DNA from: a virus
Lineage: Duplodnaviria > Heunggongvirae > Uroviricota > Caudoviricetes
Strand: one strand, 5' to 3'
Virus record (IMG/VR): IMGVR_UViG_3300015214_000024
Location: 137,787-201,786 of that record
DNA: 64,000 nt
Shown here: positions 1 through 10,095 of the stretch, piece by piece
How positions within the stretch are numbered: the first letter of the stretch is position 1
Layout of the letters: the number at the start of each line of letters is the position of its first letter
Made by a program: the position numbers and the translations under genes
The notes under the pieces: model-generated
The model's input: the letters and a program-made list of their open reading frames with translations, nothing else
Database searches by the model: none
What the model was told of the DNA's origin: nothing

Positions 1-2113
1 AAGTAGCGTTGAACCAACAGGACCTGCTGCTGATGGTACATATTGGTTGAATTTGTCTGATACTAAATTTGGCATTTTCCAAGGTAACGGTTCTGCTTGG
101 AATGAAATCACCCCACTATTCGTAGCATTCAATGCTACAACTGATTCAGTAACCAACTCTGCAGGTTCAAATGGTAATTTTGCAATTGATATCGGTTCTT
201 CAGTTAAAAATCTTGGCCTATTCGAAAAAATCTCTGGTACGTGGTATCGTGTTGGTACGGCAACTTGGGTAACTGCTAAAGGCCCACAAGCACTTGTTGG
301 CGGCGGCACCGGAGCCGTCCAGGTAATTTATGCACCACACACTGGTGTACCACCAACAAATACAGTACCAACTTATCACACTGGTCACATTTGGGTCAAA
401 ACTACTGAACCAAATAATGGTGCTGATTATATTATTAGCCGTTACGATGCATTTACTGATCAATGGTCAGAAATATATGCTCCACTTTTCGCAACCGATG
501 CTGATGCTATTGCTTTCTACACAGCAAACAATTCGTTGACTGCTGGTGTATTGTACGTGCAATATACTGCATCAAATTGCAAGCACGTTATCAAGATGTT
601 CAATGGTACATCGTTTGCTAACCTGGACTATGTTGCACAGACTGGTGAACCAGTTGGTCTTCCAGTTGAAGGAACGTTGTGGTACAATGATAACTTCCAA
701 GTTGATATTATGCAAAATGATGGATCAAACTGGATTGGTTACAAGAATGCCCACCCAAACACTGATCCAAATGGTGTAATTTTCTCTGCTACTGCACCAA
801 CTGCACATAGCAATGGTACTGCATTGGTAGATTATGATCTTTGGATTGATACCTCAGATTTGGAACATTATCCAAAATTGTATCGCAGAACAGGCGGCAC
901 TTGGATCCGTGTTGATACCAGTGATCAAACCACCAACCAAGGTATTGTTTTTGCTGATGCTCGTGCAATTGGTGGGACTGCTGGTTTAACATCAAACTTA
1001 GTTGATGCTGATCGTCCAGATCCAAAACTATATCCAGCTGGTACACTTCTATTCAATACCCGTTATTCAACTGGTAATGTTAAATCTTGGACACCAGGAT
1101 ATACCCACGAAGGTGTAACCATTGGTGACCGTTGGGTATCGGTATCTGGCAATGCTGAAGATGGTTCACCATATATGATGAGAAAAGCTCAACGCCGTAT
1201 GGTTGTTAAGGCAATGCAGGAAGTGATTTCTTCAAACGAAGATATCCGTTCCGAGTTCATTTACTTCAACTTAATCGCCGCTCCTGGTTATCCAGAATTG
1301 ATTGATGAAATGATTACACTCAATACTGATATCAAGGAAGTTGCGTTTGTTGTTGGTGATACACCAATACGTTTGAAGCCAGACGCTGCTAGTGTTTCTG
1401 CATATGCAACAAACACTGCCAATGCTGCAATTAATGGTGAAGATGGTCGTACTGGAATTAGTAATGTCTATGTTGGACAATATTACCCTTGGGGCTTGTC
1501 AACCAATGTTGACGGTACTGATATTATGGTGCCGCCAAGTGCTATGGCAATTCGAACAATCGCATACAGTGATAGTGTTGCTTATCCTTGGTTTGCTCCA
1601 GCAGGTACACAGCGCGGTATTGTTACAAATGCACAAAGCGTTGGTTACTTGAGTGATGAGGGTGAATTTGTTCGTGTTATTTTGACACAACGTAATCGTG
1701 ACACACTTTATAGCAACAATATCAATCCAATTTCATTGGAGCCAAATCGCGGTATTTTGATTATGGGTCAAAAGACTTTGAGCCCATCAACAACTGCATT
1801 GGATCGTATTAACGTTGCTCGTTTGGTGAACTACATTCGTTACCACGCAAATGAGTTCTTGAAACCATTATTGTTCCAACCAAATGATGAAGAAACTCGC
1901 AATACTGCTCAAACTATTACTTCACGCTTCTTGGGTGACTTGCTTGGTTTGAGAGCATTGGATGACTTTGCCGTTCGTTGTGATTTAACCAATAATACTC
2001 CTGAGCGCATTGATCGTAATGAACTTTGGATAGACGTTGCTATTATTCCACTCAAGGCAGTTGAATTTATCTACGTTCCAATTCGTATCGCAAATACTGG
2101 TGAAACTTTGTAA
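1..2113 (+). CDS. Contractile tail sheath protein (5' end lies upstream of the window)
   Basis: C-terminal sheath motifs PWFAPAGTQRG, RDTLYSNNINPI, GQKTL, DRINVARL, CDLTNNTPERIDRNELWID..IIPLKAVEFIY; frame is open back to the window edge. Confidence 0.93.
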   Translation, partial: SSVEPTGPAADGTYWLNLSDTKFGIFQGNGSAWNEITPLFVAFNATTDSVTNSAGSNGNFAIDIGSSVKNLGLFEKISGTWYRVGTATWVTAKGPQALVGGGTGAVQVIYAPHTGVPPTNTVPTYHTGHIWVKTTEPNNGADYIISRYDAFTDQWSEIYAPLFATDADAIAFYTANNSLTAGVLYVQYTASNCKHVIKMFNGTSFANLDYVAQTGEPVGLPVEGTLWYNDNFQVDIMQNDGSNWIGYKNAHPNTDPNGVIFSATAPTAHSNGTALVDYDLWIDTSDLEHYPKLYRRTGGTWIRVDTSDQTTNQGIVFADARAIGGTAGLTSNLVDADRPDPKLYPAGTLLFNTRYSTGNVKSWTPGYTHEGVTIGDRWVSVSGNAEDGSPYMMRKAQRRMVVKAMQEVISSNEDIRSEFIYFNLIAAPGYPELIDEMITLNTDIKEVAFVVGDTPIRLKPDAASVSAYATNTANAAINGEDGRTGISNVYVGQYYPWGLSTNVDGTDIMVPPSAMAIRTIAYSDSVAYPWFAPAGTQRGIVTNAQSVGYLSDEGEFVRVILTQRNRDTLYSNNINPISLEPNRGILIMGQKTLSPSTTALDRINVARLVNYIRYHANEFLKPLLFQPNDEETRNTAQTITSRFLGDLLGLRALDDFAVRCDLTNNTPERIDRNELWIDVAIIPLKAVEFIYVPIRIANTGETL

Positions 2114-2132
2114 TAAGTTTGCTAGAAAGATT

Positions 2133-2162
2133 AAAGGGGCGGCTTTGACCGCCCCTTTTTTT
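2133..2162. terminator. Intrinsic terminator, probably bidirectional
   Basis: AAAGGGGCGG-ctttga-CCGCCCCTTT followed by a T tract, between convergent genes. Confidence 0.9.
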
Positions 2163-2171
2163 ATGAGTTAA

Positions 2172-2594
2172 TTACTTAATCTCAATTTTTCGAAGATCTT
2201 CATTTTCCTCTATTTTGTTTAGCGTTATTGCTAAAATGCCATCAGTAAATGTCACTTCACCGACTTCAAGATTTGAATTTAAATCAAATGTTCTCGTAAA
2301 TGATTTTGAAGAAATCCCTTGATGGAGGAAATTTGTTGTCTGGGTTTGTTTTTCGCCAGACACTGTCAAAATTCCGTGAGATACTGTAATTGAAAGATCA
2401 TCTTTTGAGAATCCAGCTAAAGCCAATTCAATCGTATATCCATTCTCATTTTTAATGATGTTATATCGTGGATATGCAGTGTCAAATAGTGAAGATTTGC
2501 GATCCGCTAAAGAACGTGATCCAAAATCATTACCAAACACTCGATCGAAAAGATCATCAAATCCTACAAAGGCTGGTACTAAAGTATTTCTCAT
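2172..2594 (-). CDS. Small heat shock protein (Hsp20/IbpA family)
   Basis: YPRYNIIK..YTIELALAGF..LTVSGEK..LHQGIS..SFTRTF..DGILAITL; AAGGAG SD precedes MRNTL. Confidence 0.92.
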   Translation of the reverse strand: MRNTLVPAFVGFDDLFDRVFGNDFGSRSLADRKSSLFDTAYPRYNIIKNENGYTIELALAGFSKDDLSITVSHGILTVSGEKQTQTTNFLHQGISSKSFTRTFDLNSNLEVGEVTFTDGILAITLNKIEENEDLRKIEIK

Positions 2595-2681
2595 TGTTTT
2601 TTCTCCTTTAAAAGCAAGATAAAAGCGTATGACCCAAATCGGCATCATACGCTTTCAAATATAATAAATTTTATAGAGATG

Positions 2682-3134
2682 TCAAGTAAAAAATAGAATT
2701 AAAGATACCAAACCACCAATTGCGAAGAACACAATATCAAGTGCGGATCCTTTTGATATACCAAAATGATTGTGTTGGTATATTTCTCTACTATATCCCA
2801 ATACGAATCCACCCAAAATGCCAGGTAGTGCGATGGGTAACGAATACACGAATGTAACCGTTAATGCTACCATTAGGAAATTAAATGGTAATACATTAAA
2901 TAGCACTCTGTTAATAATACCATATTCTTTACTAGTTTTAGTTAGGTACAATACTGCCATCCAAATTATTTGTCCAAATAGTACAATTGGTAAAGACAAT
3001 GATTGATGGATGCCAAAAATCATAATAGCAAATAATACAAATGCGATCAAAAAATGACCAGATTGATCAATTATTTGCTTCTTTATACTACTTTGAGGTA
3101 AATCATTTGTATTAAACCACGAAAAAAAGCTCAT
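2682..3134 (-). CDS. Hypothetical membrane protein
   Basis: 150-aa ORF with several hydrophobic segments. Confidence 0.6.
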   Translation of the reverse strand: MSFFSWFNTNDLPQSSIKKQIIDQSGHFLIAFVLFAIMIFGIHQSLSLPIVLFGQIIWMAVLYLTKTSKEYGIINRVLFNVLPFNFLMVALTVTFVYSLPIALPGILGGFVLGYSREIYQHNHFGISKGSALDIVFFAIGGLVSLILFFT

Positions 3135-3137
3135 TTT

Positions 3138-3917
3138 TCACCCCTCCGGTACATATGATGGATCAATTGCACCATAAACTATGAGCTTTTCTGCCGTTGT
3201 TGATGGTACATTCTTAAATTTCATAATTTTTTTACGTATAACTGGTCCATTAGGAGTATTGACATTAACCCCTTTGCGGATGAACCAAGTACCGTTTCTC
3301 CGCCAGCTTGGTAAAGATTCGAAATCAATTCCTTTATCTTTCAAAAGCTTTTTAACCTCAACATTAGGTAAACCTTGCATAACTTTATGGCCAATGTTGT
3401 ATCGGGCTAGAAGTTGAACGTTATTCTTCAAGGCATCGTGCTCACGCCAAACAAACGCATTCATAAGCTCAACATTAGAAGGCACATTGAAAACTCGAGC
3501 ATCTAAATGTGGAAGCATTTTCATCGCTCTATCTTTGTAAACTCCGCCCAATCTTATCAAATTTTGATATAAAACTACTGATGCAAATGACGCAATAACA
3601 CTAGTAAGTTTAAAAATCTTATAATCAAAAAGTGGTGAGGCTTCTTCGCTAAGAGGAAACCATCCCAGGCTGATTTCATCCGATTGACAATATCCTATGT
3701 CAGCGTGAAATTCAGCCATAGTTCGTTTCGCAGTATCAGCCATAGCCCAAGCAAATTTCGGATCGTGTGGACGATCAAAGGGTTTAGTTAATTTTGAGAA
3801 AGATCGCCCATCTAGCCTTAAGTAGACTGGTAAATTGCGATCAAGCTTGTTGGAGGTACAAGTCGACTCGTGAGCCTTGATACGATCTCCAAATTCATCT
3901 TTACTTTTAGTTGCCAC
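3138..3917 (-). CDS. tRNA-His guanylyltransferase (Thg1/TLP family)
   Basis: LRLDGRSFSKLT, YCQSDEISL, DARVF, WRE.DA..N, WRRNGT motifs. Confidence 0.92.
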   Translation of the reverse strand: MATKSKDEFGDRIKAHESTCTSNKLDRNLPVYLRLDGRSFSKLTKPFDRPHDPKFAWAMADTAKRTMAEFHADIGYCQSDEISLGWFPLSEEASPLFDYKIFKLTSVIASFASVVLYQNLIRLGGVYKDRAMKMLPHLDARVFNVPSNVELMNAFVWREHDALKNNVQLLARYNIGHKVMQGLPNVEVKKLLKDKGIDFESLPSWRRNGTWFIRKGVNVNTPNGPVIRKKIMKFKNVPSTTAEKLIVYGAIDPSYVPEG

Positions 3918-4512
3918 TGTAAGTTGTCCATATCTCTAAATCTAAATCAGCCAATGTTTTGTTGATGGCTTTGGCGTGATTTAAGAATAATTGTTCAGTT
4001 TGTCTATAAACGTTTCCACCTGGCGTGACCTTCAAACTAGTCAATCCGTTATCACGCATATAATGCAGAATATGGGTATCCAACACTGCATAATTTTGAT
4101 TTTCTCGAGAATGTAATAAAAAGAATCTTGAAGTTTTCGGACCAACGCCAGGAATCGTTTCTAATTCATCGATAGTAATAGTCTTTAGTTTGCCAATAAA
4201 GTCGTGAGTTTTTCTGAATGATTTTTCTAGTCGATTATATTGACCTAATCGACTTTTTTCAATTTCAGACCTTAAGCATCCAACGTTATCAGCATTCCAA
4301 ATTAGCTGAAATGGTGATGTTTTTTCACTTCCATAATTAGATCGCAAAGACACTAAGAAATTATCTAAAAGCCTGGCCTGTGTTTTCGCAGTTTTTCCTG
4401 CCACAACTATGCAAAACAGAAGAAAAAGTTCTAATTCACACTCAGATCGATTAAAGTCTGTGACTTTATTAGGATCTACGTAAAAAGAGTTATTCATATT
4501 TGGTAGGGTCAT
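3907..4512 (-). CDS. HhH-GPD DNA glycosylase-like protein
   Basis: LETIPGVGPKTSRFFLLHS helix-hairpin-helix, AVLDTHIL catalytic Asp motif, LDLEIW. Confidence 0.8.
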   Translation of the reverse strand: MTLPNMNNSFYVDPNKVTDFNRSECELELFLLFCIVVAGKTAKTQARLLDNFLVSLRSNYGSEKTSPFQLIWNADNVGCLRSEIEKSRLGQYNRLEKSFRKTHDFIGKLKTITIDELETIPGVGPKTSRFFLLHSRENQNYAVLDTHILHYMRDNGLTSLKVTPGGNVYRQTEQLFLNHAKAINKTLADLDLEIWTTYSGN

Positions 4513-5332
4513 AATTTTTAATCAAGCCTTTCTTTAATCGAGTTTCCATCATTTTTTTAATTGATTCAGGGTTTCTTTTTCTACCTTTAAGTTTAATTTT
4601 ATTTTTTTCACCGATACTTTTTTTATGTTCTTCTGAAATAGGTCTGCCTTTAGTTGGACATTCTCTCCCCATCAAAGCTTTACTTTTTCTTTCCTTAACC
4701 ACTGGATCATTTTGAACCAATTTTTGAATTTGACTCATTTTTTCTTTTGTCTCATTAGATCGTTTTTGGCCAATTCGTTTTTCAACACCCGCTCTGACTC
4801 GCTCGTCAGTTTCAGCAGTTAGCCCTTTAATCCAAGTTGGGCCAACATTTTTACCAAAATTAGGATGTTCTTCACCAGATTTAAATCTTCCTTTGGCCAT
4901 TGATATTTTCATAGCTTCAGTTATAAATCTCGTCCCATTATCCCAGCTTCTTTTATTACCTTCGGATATATTTTTCGACCACTTGAGCTGTTTTTCTTCC
5001 GAAACATCATTATAATTTGGCGGCCTGGCGTCTAAACATATATTAGTTAATATGCCTCCTTTGTCTATCCCAGCCCGACCGTAATGTGTTATTAACAATG
5101 TTTCTAATTCATATGCTTGATCTTCAGATAAATTTTCTTCAATAAGATCAACTCCAACTTCTAAATTTGAATTTAAAATTTGTTGTATAGTATTAAATTT
5201 GTGCTTATTAGCAGTATTTGAAATAGTCTCATAAAAATGTTTCTTGTATCTTTTACCCTTGCCCTTACCAATATAGAAATATTGATTATTTTTTAGCGGA
5301 TTTTTAAAAGCATAAACATAATAATTTTTCAT
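4490..5332 (-). CDS. GIY-YIG homing endonuclease with NUMOD3 repeats
   Basis: YYVY..YFYIGKG...R, GILTN; repeats HPNFGK, KRSNETKEKMS, PISEEHKKSIG. Confidence 0.85.
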   Translation of the reverse strand: MKNYYVYAFKNPLKNNQYFYIGKGKGKRYKKHFYETISNTANKHKFNTIQQILNSNLEVGVDLIEENLSEDQAYELETLLITHYGRAGIDKGGILTNICLDARPPNYNDVSEEKQLKWSKNISEGNKRSWDNGTRFITEAMKISMAKGRFKSGEEHPNFGKNVGPTWIKGLTAETDERVRAGVEKRIGQKRSNETKEKMSQIQKLVQNDPVVKERKSKALMGRECPTKGRPISEEHKKSIGEKNKIKLKGRKRNPESIKKMMETRLKKGLIKNYDPTKYE

Positions 5333-5359
5333 TTGACTTTGGCCTTTTATTTTTATTTA

Positions 5360-5443
5360 TTAAAATAATAGGCATTCTTCTAACTATTCTTCAAGTTCAG
5401 CCTCTGTCCTATTATATTTTGTTACGTCTGTTGGATCAATCAC
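5360..5443 (-). pseudogene. Remnant duplicate N-terminus of the glycosylase gene
   Basis: GTG-IDPTDVTKYNRTEAELEE*LEECLLF* resembles VDPNKVTDFNRSECELELFLLF of 3907..4512. Confidence 0.7.
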
Positions 5444-5771
5444 TACTTAACTCCTTTGTCAAATTATTATAATGATCTATCATAATATTAAGATATTCTG
5501 TTCTCATATTATAGAAATTTTCATCTAATTCCCATTTTTTGATATCAGATAGTATGTCAATGATTTGACTAATTGAATCAGCTACTATACCTTTTGATGC
5601 TAAATCATCTTCTGAAATTTTAAATAATTGCTCAGTAATATTTTCGTACATCTGCGCAAATGTGACTACTGCAATTTCGTTTGGAGTTGATGCTCCCAAA
5701 TGGCCCGGATCAACATTGAAATGAAAATACATACCCATATTTTTATCCAATTGCAGACTTGATAGTGTCAA
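5436..5771 (-). CDS. Hypothetical protein
   Basis: ORF fits the operon packing. Confidence 0.55.
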   Translation of the reverse strand: MTLSSLQLDKNMGMYFHFNVDPGHLGASTPNEIAVVTFAQMYENITEQLFKISEDDLASKGIVADSISQIIDILSDIKKWELDENFYNMRTEYLNIMIDHYNNLTKELSSD

Positions 5772-6219
5772 TGAACTCTTCTAGCGTGTTGTATAGCGGA
5801 ATTTGATATCTTTTGCAAGTGATTTGTACATTACCTTTTCGCCAGTATCCATCTGGACAGCAAACAATTAATTTATTATCCTGAGCGTGTAAACCCATTT
5901 CTAACAAGGTTATCGGTGCTTGTCCTTTAGGGTCATAATACATTAAAATTTTATCAGCCAGATCCATATGGTCCAATTCCCATTCTACTTGATATCGAAA
6001 TTGGTCATTGGAAATATCTTGAACCCAAGATGAATCCCAATCGTCTCTTCTTGGATTGAACACGGTGATCGGTGAATTTGATAAAAGTTCTGATATCTGG
6101 GTTTGCCAATCAACCGCTTTTCCTTGATCAATCGATCCAGCAAGGAAAATTTTAAAACCTAATCCAGGATCTTGATCTTGGTCAGTTGGTTTAATTACTT
6201 TAAAATGTTTATTTTTCAA
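5743..6219 (-). CDS. Nucleoside 2-deoxyribosyltransferase-like protein
   Basis: IFLAGSI, FNPRRDDWD, QVEWE, APITLLEMG, GYWRKGNV. Confidence 0.82.
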   Translation of the reverse strand: MKNKHFKVIKPTDQDQDPGLGFKIFLAGSIDQGKAVDWQTQISELLSNSPITVFNPRRDDWDSSWVQDISNDQFRYQVEWELDHMDLADKILMYYDPKGQAPITLLEMGLHAQDNKLIVCCPDGYWRKGNVQITCKRYQIPLYNTLEEFIDTIKSAIG

Positions 6220-6808
6220 AACGTTTACTCCATTCTTCTAATAAGTTTGGGCCAGAACCGGATCCAGTAACCGTGATACCAGCAGCACTTCTTGTTATAA
6301 ATCGTTCGTTACGTTCTTTCCTATGGAACCACTGTCTCATTGCTTCCCTGTGAATTGGAAAAGCTAAATCTTCTGGCTCCCAAGCCACTCGAAAATCAGA
6401 GTTTTCAGCACATAGCTTGATAGTATTTGGATTATAAGTTAAAATTTGATTTGATTCGCACATAAAAAGAACCTGGCCTCTACCAGTAGCAACGCTATTG
6501 ACAATCGAAGGTTCAATATCTAATTGAATTCCAGTTTCTTCATATAGTTCACGCATCGCGCCCTGCTCAGCATTTTCACCAATATCATCCATAAAACCGC
6601 CTGGTAAACTCCAGCCTCCCAAATGTGGTTCGATGGCTCTTTTTAATATTAGCAGGCCAATGCGATTGCCGTCAGTCATAGGCTGCAAAATGCAAGCTAC
6701 CGGAATTGGATTTTTCCAAACTTGATGCCCGCAATTTTGACATTCTCTTGGCCATTCATTATTATGATATTTTGTGCCACATTGATGGCAGAAAGCGGGT
6801 ATAGTCAT
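6209..6808 (-). CDS. Nudix hydrolase with N-terminal zinc ribbon
   Basis: CxxC..CxxC; LPGGFMD..EQGAMRELYEETG Nudix box. Confidence 0.9.
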   Translation of the reverse strand: MTIPAFCHQCGTKYHNNEWPRECQNCGHQVWKNPIPVACILQPMTDGNRIGLLILKRAIEPHLGGWSLPGGFMDDIGENAEQGAMRELYEETGIQLDIEPSIVNSVATGRGQVLFMCESNQILTYNPNTIKLCAENSDFRVAWEPEDLAFPIHREAMRQWFHRKERNERFITRSAAGITVTGSGSGPNLLEEWSKRFEK

Positions 6809-6925
6809 ATTCTCTCCTGGAATTTTATCATAATCGTAGCATAGTATTTAGAGTAAGTCAAACTTCATAAATTTTCAAAGCATAAATATCACATATAGAA
6901 TTAACGCTTACGAGGAACAACCATA

Positions 6926-7228
6926 ATGGCATCAAATATTGATCCAACCAAACCGCAAACTGGTATAGATCAACCAGTTAAAGTGATCCGAGACAATTTT
7001 GCGGCAGCTAAATCTGAGATTGAAGATCTTCAAAATAAAGCACCATTCAAATCATCAGTTAGTGGAATACCAGTTTTCCCTGAATTTACAACTGCTGAAA
7101 TTTTAGCCGTCGCCCCAAATACAGTCAAAGGCGGAATGTGCTTTTCTTCTAATGCTAATACTTTAGTTTGGAGCAATGGGACTAACTGGATAAGAATAGA
7201 CAATGGGAATGTACTATATAATGTTTAA
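6926..7228 (+). CDS. Hypothetical protein, probably virion-associated
   Basis: MASNID..IRDNFAAAKSEIEDLQ; preceded by ATAAATA late-type motif. Confidence 0.6.
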   Translation: MASNIDPTKPQTGIDQPVKVIRDNFAAAKSEIEDLQNKAPFKSSVSGIPVFPEFTTAEILAVAPNTVKGGMCFSSNANTLVWSNGTNWIRIDNGNVLYNV

Positions 7229-7568
7229 TCCACTTTTAAATGACGATCCGTCATCACTATCTGACCAACAGTTAGAAGATAAAATTGTTAAAATTAACAA
7301 GCAATTGAGTCACGCATACGTAACTCAATCATCTGCCGCAATTGCACAATTTAAAAATTTACTTATGATCTACGTATCTGAACAATCTGAACGAATGGAA
7401 GTTCAAATGTTTAAGGAAATATACGAAACGGATTCAGTTGTCACATTGACGGTTGACGATCCAGTTGAAGAAGAAAAGGTTGAAAGTAAACCAAAGGTTG
7501 AAGAGCGAGAAGGCGGAAAATTGAGCCTATTTAGAAAAATAATGAGCGAGCAACAGGATAAAAAATAA
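7221..7568 (+). CDS. Hypothetical protein
   Basis: ORF overlapping the upstream stop codon. Confidence 0.55.
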   Translation: MFNPLLNDDPSSLSDQQLEDKIVKINKQLSHAYVTQSSAAIAQFKNLLMIYVSEQSERMEVQMFKEIYETDSVVTLTVDDPVEEEKVESKPKVEEREGGKLSLFRKIMSEQQDKK

Positions 7569-7604
7569 GTTGATTTAGCTGGCTGATTATTGTATATTTT
7601 TAAT

Positions 7605-8114
7605 ATGAAACAGCTTAATGGACGATATGTGACTGATACGGGAAAGGTCATCTTAAAAGAAGATGGCATTGAGCGGTTGATTATTGATCAGCAGCTTACG
7701 TCTGATATTACCGTTGAGCGAACATATGAGACAGAATTGTTTCAAGAACATCTAAAAAAAATCTCTACAATTAATGTTGATTTTTATCAAGCTGATACTG
7801 ATAATAGAAATGAATTTGAATGGAATACTCCTGAACCTTTCAAAAGTATGGATGTCGAAGCATACGTATTTGGACTGTGTAAAACTCGCGAGGAAGATGA
7901 GCGAGTAGCACTAGAACTTAGTATGTTTAGTGAACGAAATTTATATCCATTGATTAGGCACATTATTTTTCTAGTAGATCATTTTAGAAAAAATGATATT
8001 TTTTGGGGTGTTGGTCGAGGCTCGAGCGTAAGTTCATATGTTTTATTCCTGATAGGAATTCATAAGATTGATAGTATTAAATATGGTTTATCCATAGAAG
8101 ATTTTTTAAAGTGA
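7605..8114 (+). CDS. DNA polymerase III alpha subunit fragment (split DnaE-like)
   Basis: WGVGRGSSVSSYVLFLIGIHKIDSIKYGL palm motif. Confidence 0.85.
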   Translation: MKQLNGRYVTDTGKVILKEDGIERLIIDQQLTSDITVERTYETELFQEHLKKISTINVDFYQADTDNRNEFEWNTPEPFKSMDVEAYVFGLCKTREEDERVALELSMFSERNLYPLIRHIIFLVDHFRKNDIFWGVGRGSSVSSYVLFLIGIHKIDSIKYGLSIEDFLK

Positions 8115-8124
8115 GGATATTATA

Positions 8125-8502
8125 ATGTTTCATAAAAGCCAAAAAGGTCGAGTCGTCAATTTTGACGAATTGGTGCATAAAAACGCCAAAACTATTGCAG
8201 TTGGTAATGCTAATTTGAATGCAAGAGGTGATTTGGTCGGCCGAGCCGGCCAGGTAGTTGAATCTGCCGAACATCGAGCTGCGGCCACTACCGTTGTAAG
8301 TTCATCATCTAAAGCATCAATTCAAAGCGAAATTGCAGCATTAAAGGCAGCTAGAAGCGGATGGACGAATGAATCTATTCCAGATGCTGTGGATAATGAA
8401 TCATCTGAAACTGATGAAGAGACATCATCTAAATCAGCTGTCGAAGAATCTAAAACTCCCGAAGCACCAAAAAAAGCTCGTAAGATTACGGAGTCTGAAT
8501 AA
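8125..8502 (+). CDS. Hypothetical phage protein
   Basis: ORF with SD; AVGNANLNARGD motif. Confidence 0.6.
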   Translation: MFHKSQKGRVVNFDELVHKNAKTIAVGNANLNARGDLVGRAGQVVESAEHRAAATTVVSSSSKASIQSEIAALKAARSGWTNESIPDAVDNESSETDEETSSKSAVEESKTPEAPKKARKITESE

Positions 8503-8840
8503 TGAGTTCAAATGAATATTCCTATCATACTAATGCTTCTGACATTGAAGCGATATGTGATCACATTTTAATCGATGGACTTGAAACTTTTTCTGAACGT
8601 GTCGTAAATGGGCTAATAATACCCAATGAAGATCAGACAGAACGTGGAATTCGACCAAGATGGGCTCGTATTTTTAAAGTTGGTCCAGATCAAGATTCAG
8701 TAAAGCCTGGTGATTGGGTTATGGTTAAGCACGGTAGCTGGACTAGAGGAACGTTGATCAATGGTAAAATTTATCGACGTATAGACCCTAAGGAGATATA
8801 CTTAGTATCTGATGAACAGCCAGAAGGCGTGACAATTTAA
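8502..8840 (+). CDS. GroES-like co-chaperonin
   Basis: GLIIP..RWARIFKVGP..VKPGDWV. Confidence 0.75.
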   Translation: MSSNEYSYHTNASDIEAICDHILIDGLETFSERVVNGLIIPNEDQTERGIRPRWARIFKVGPDQDSVKPGDWVMVKHGSWTRGTLINGKIYRRIDPKEIYLVSDEQPEGVTI

Positions 8841-8854
8841 GAAAGAAAAAAATA

Positions 8855-9787
8855 ATGGCATTGAATGATCTTTGGGTTGAAGCGTATCGGCCCCGAACTG
8901 TTGATGACTACGTTTGGTGCGATGCTAAACAGAAAGAACAAGTCAAGGAATGGATAAACCGTGGAGCGATCCCGCATATCCTTCTTTCTGGTGCGGCTGG
9001 TACTGGTAAGACCAGCCTAGCAAAAGTAATCTTTAATGAATTAAATGTTGAATCTGCGGACATATTATATGTAAACGCATCAGAAGAAACTGGTGTTGAT
9101 AATATGAGAGACAAGATAATCAACTTTGTAAAGACAATGAGTTTTAGTGGTGAATATCGCTATGTGTTGCTTGACGAAGCTGATTATTTGTCCAAGAATG
9201 CTCAGGCTATTCTTAGAAATGCAATGGAAACTTATTCCAATGTTGCGAGATTCGTCCTGACTTGCAATTATCCACATAAAATCATCGATGCTATTCACAG
9301 TCGCTGTCAAGGATTTAGTATTAAGACCCTTGATAAGGATGATTACAAATATCGAATACTTCAAATCCTTGCTACTGAAGAAATTGCTGGTGATGAAGAA
9401 ACTATTGATACGTATATTTCTGCATATTATCCAGATTTGCGAAAAACTATCAATGCTATTCAGCAAAATTCAACAACTGGGACTTTACTTCCACCATCGT
9501 CATCTGAATCCTCGAATAATGATGTGTATTTGACAATGATTGAGTGTTTTAAGAAAAAATCGCTTAGTGAAGCTCGTAAGTTACTAATTGGAAACTTGCA
9601 GCCAGAAGAGATTGAAAATCTCTACATTTTTATGTATCAGAATTTAGAGATTTTCGGCGGCCCCACTCAGCAAGAAGATGCTATTTTGGTGATCAAACAA
9701 GCCTTAGTAGATCATACAATTGTCGCAGATCCAGAAATTAATTTAGCCGCGGCATTGGTTCGCTTAGGAAGGCTTGGTCAAGAATGA
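8855..9787 (+). CDS. Clamp loader AAA+ subunit (RFC/gp44-like)
   Basis: LWVEAYRP, GAAGTGKT, LLDEAD, TCNY, SRC, DLRK. Confidence 0.93.
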   Translation: MALNDLWVEAYRPRTVDDYVWCDAKQKEQVKEWINRGAIPHILLSGAAGTGKTSLAKVIFNELNVESADILYVNASEETGVDNMRDKIINFVKTMSFSGEYRYVLLDEADYLSKNAQAILRNAMETYSNVARFVLTCNYPHKIIDAIHSRCQGFSIKTLDKDDYKYRILQILATEEIAGDEETIDTYISAYYPDLRKTINAIQQNSTTGTLLPPSSSESSNNDVYLTMIECFKKKSLSEARKLLIGNLQPEEIENLYIFMYQNLEIFGGPTQQEDAILVIKQALVDHTIVADPEINLAAALVRLGRLGQE

Positions 9788-10095
9788 AAGTAGAATTATA
9801 CTTAGTAATTAATCATTTTCTTGAAAATGATTCGGCGGTTGAGAGTAGTGCAGTTATGACAAAATTGTCTAAAAAGCATCAATCAAAAGCTTCGATTATT
9901 ATTGACATTTTAGCACAATCTGTATTAAAGAATGACAGTGGTTATGATGATGAGGAAAAACTTCTTGACCATTATTATTCAAAATATAAAGAGCCAATTG
10001 CTGAATCATTAGCTACGTTGGTTATGCAGGCTGAGCGTTATCCTTATATCGCAAAGCAACTGGAGAAATATAGTGAACAAAATATTACTCACTGA
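9784..10095 (+). CDS. Hypothetical protein
   Basis: ATGA overlap with the upstream gene. Confidence 0.6.
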   Translation: MKVELYLVINHFLENDSAVESSAVMTKLSKKHQSKASIIIDILAQSVLKNDSGYDDEEKLLDHYYSKYKEPIAESLATLVMQAERYPYIAKQLEKYSEQNITH

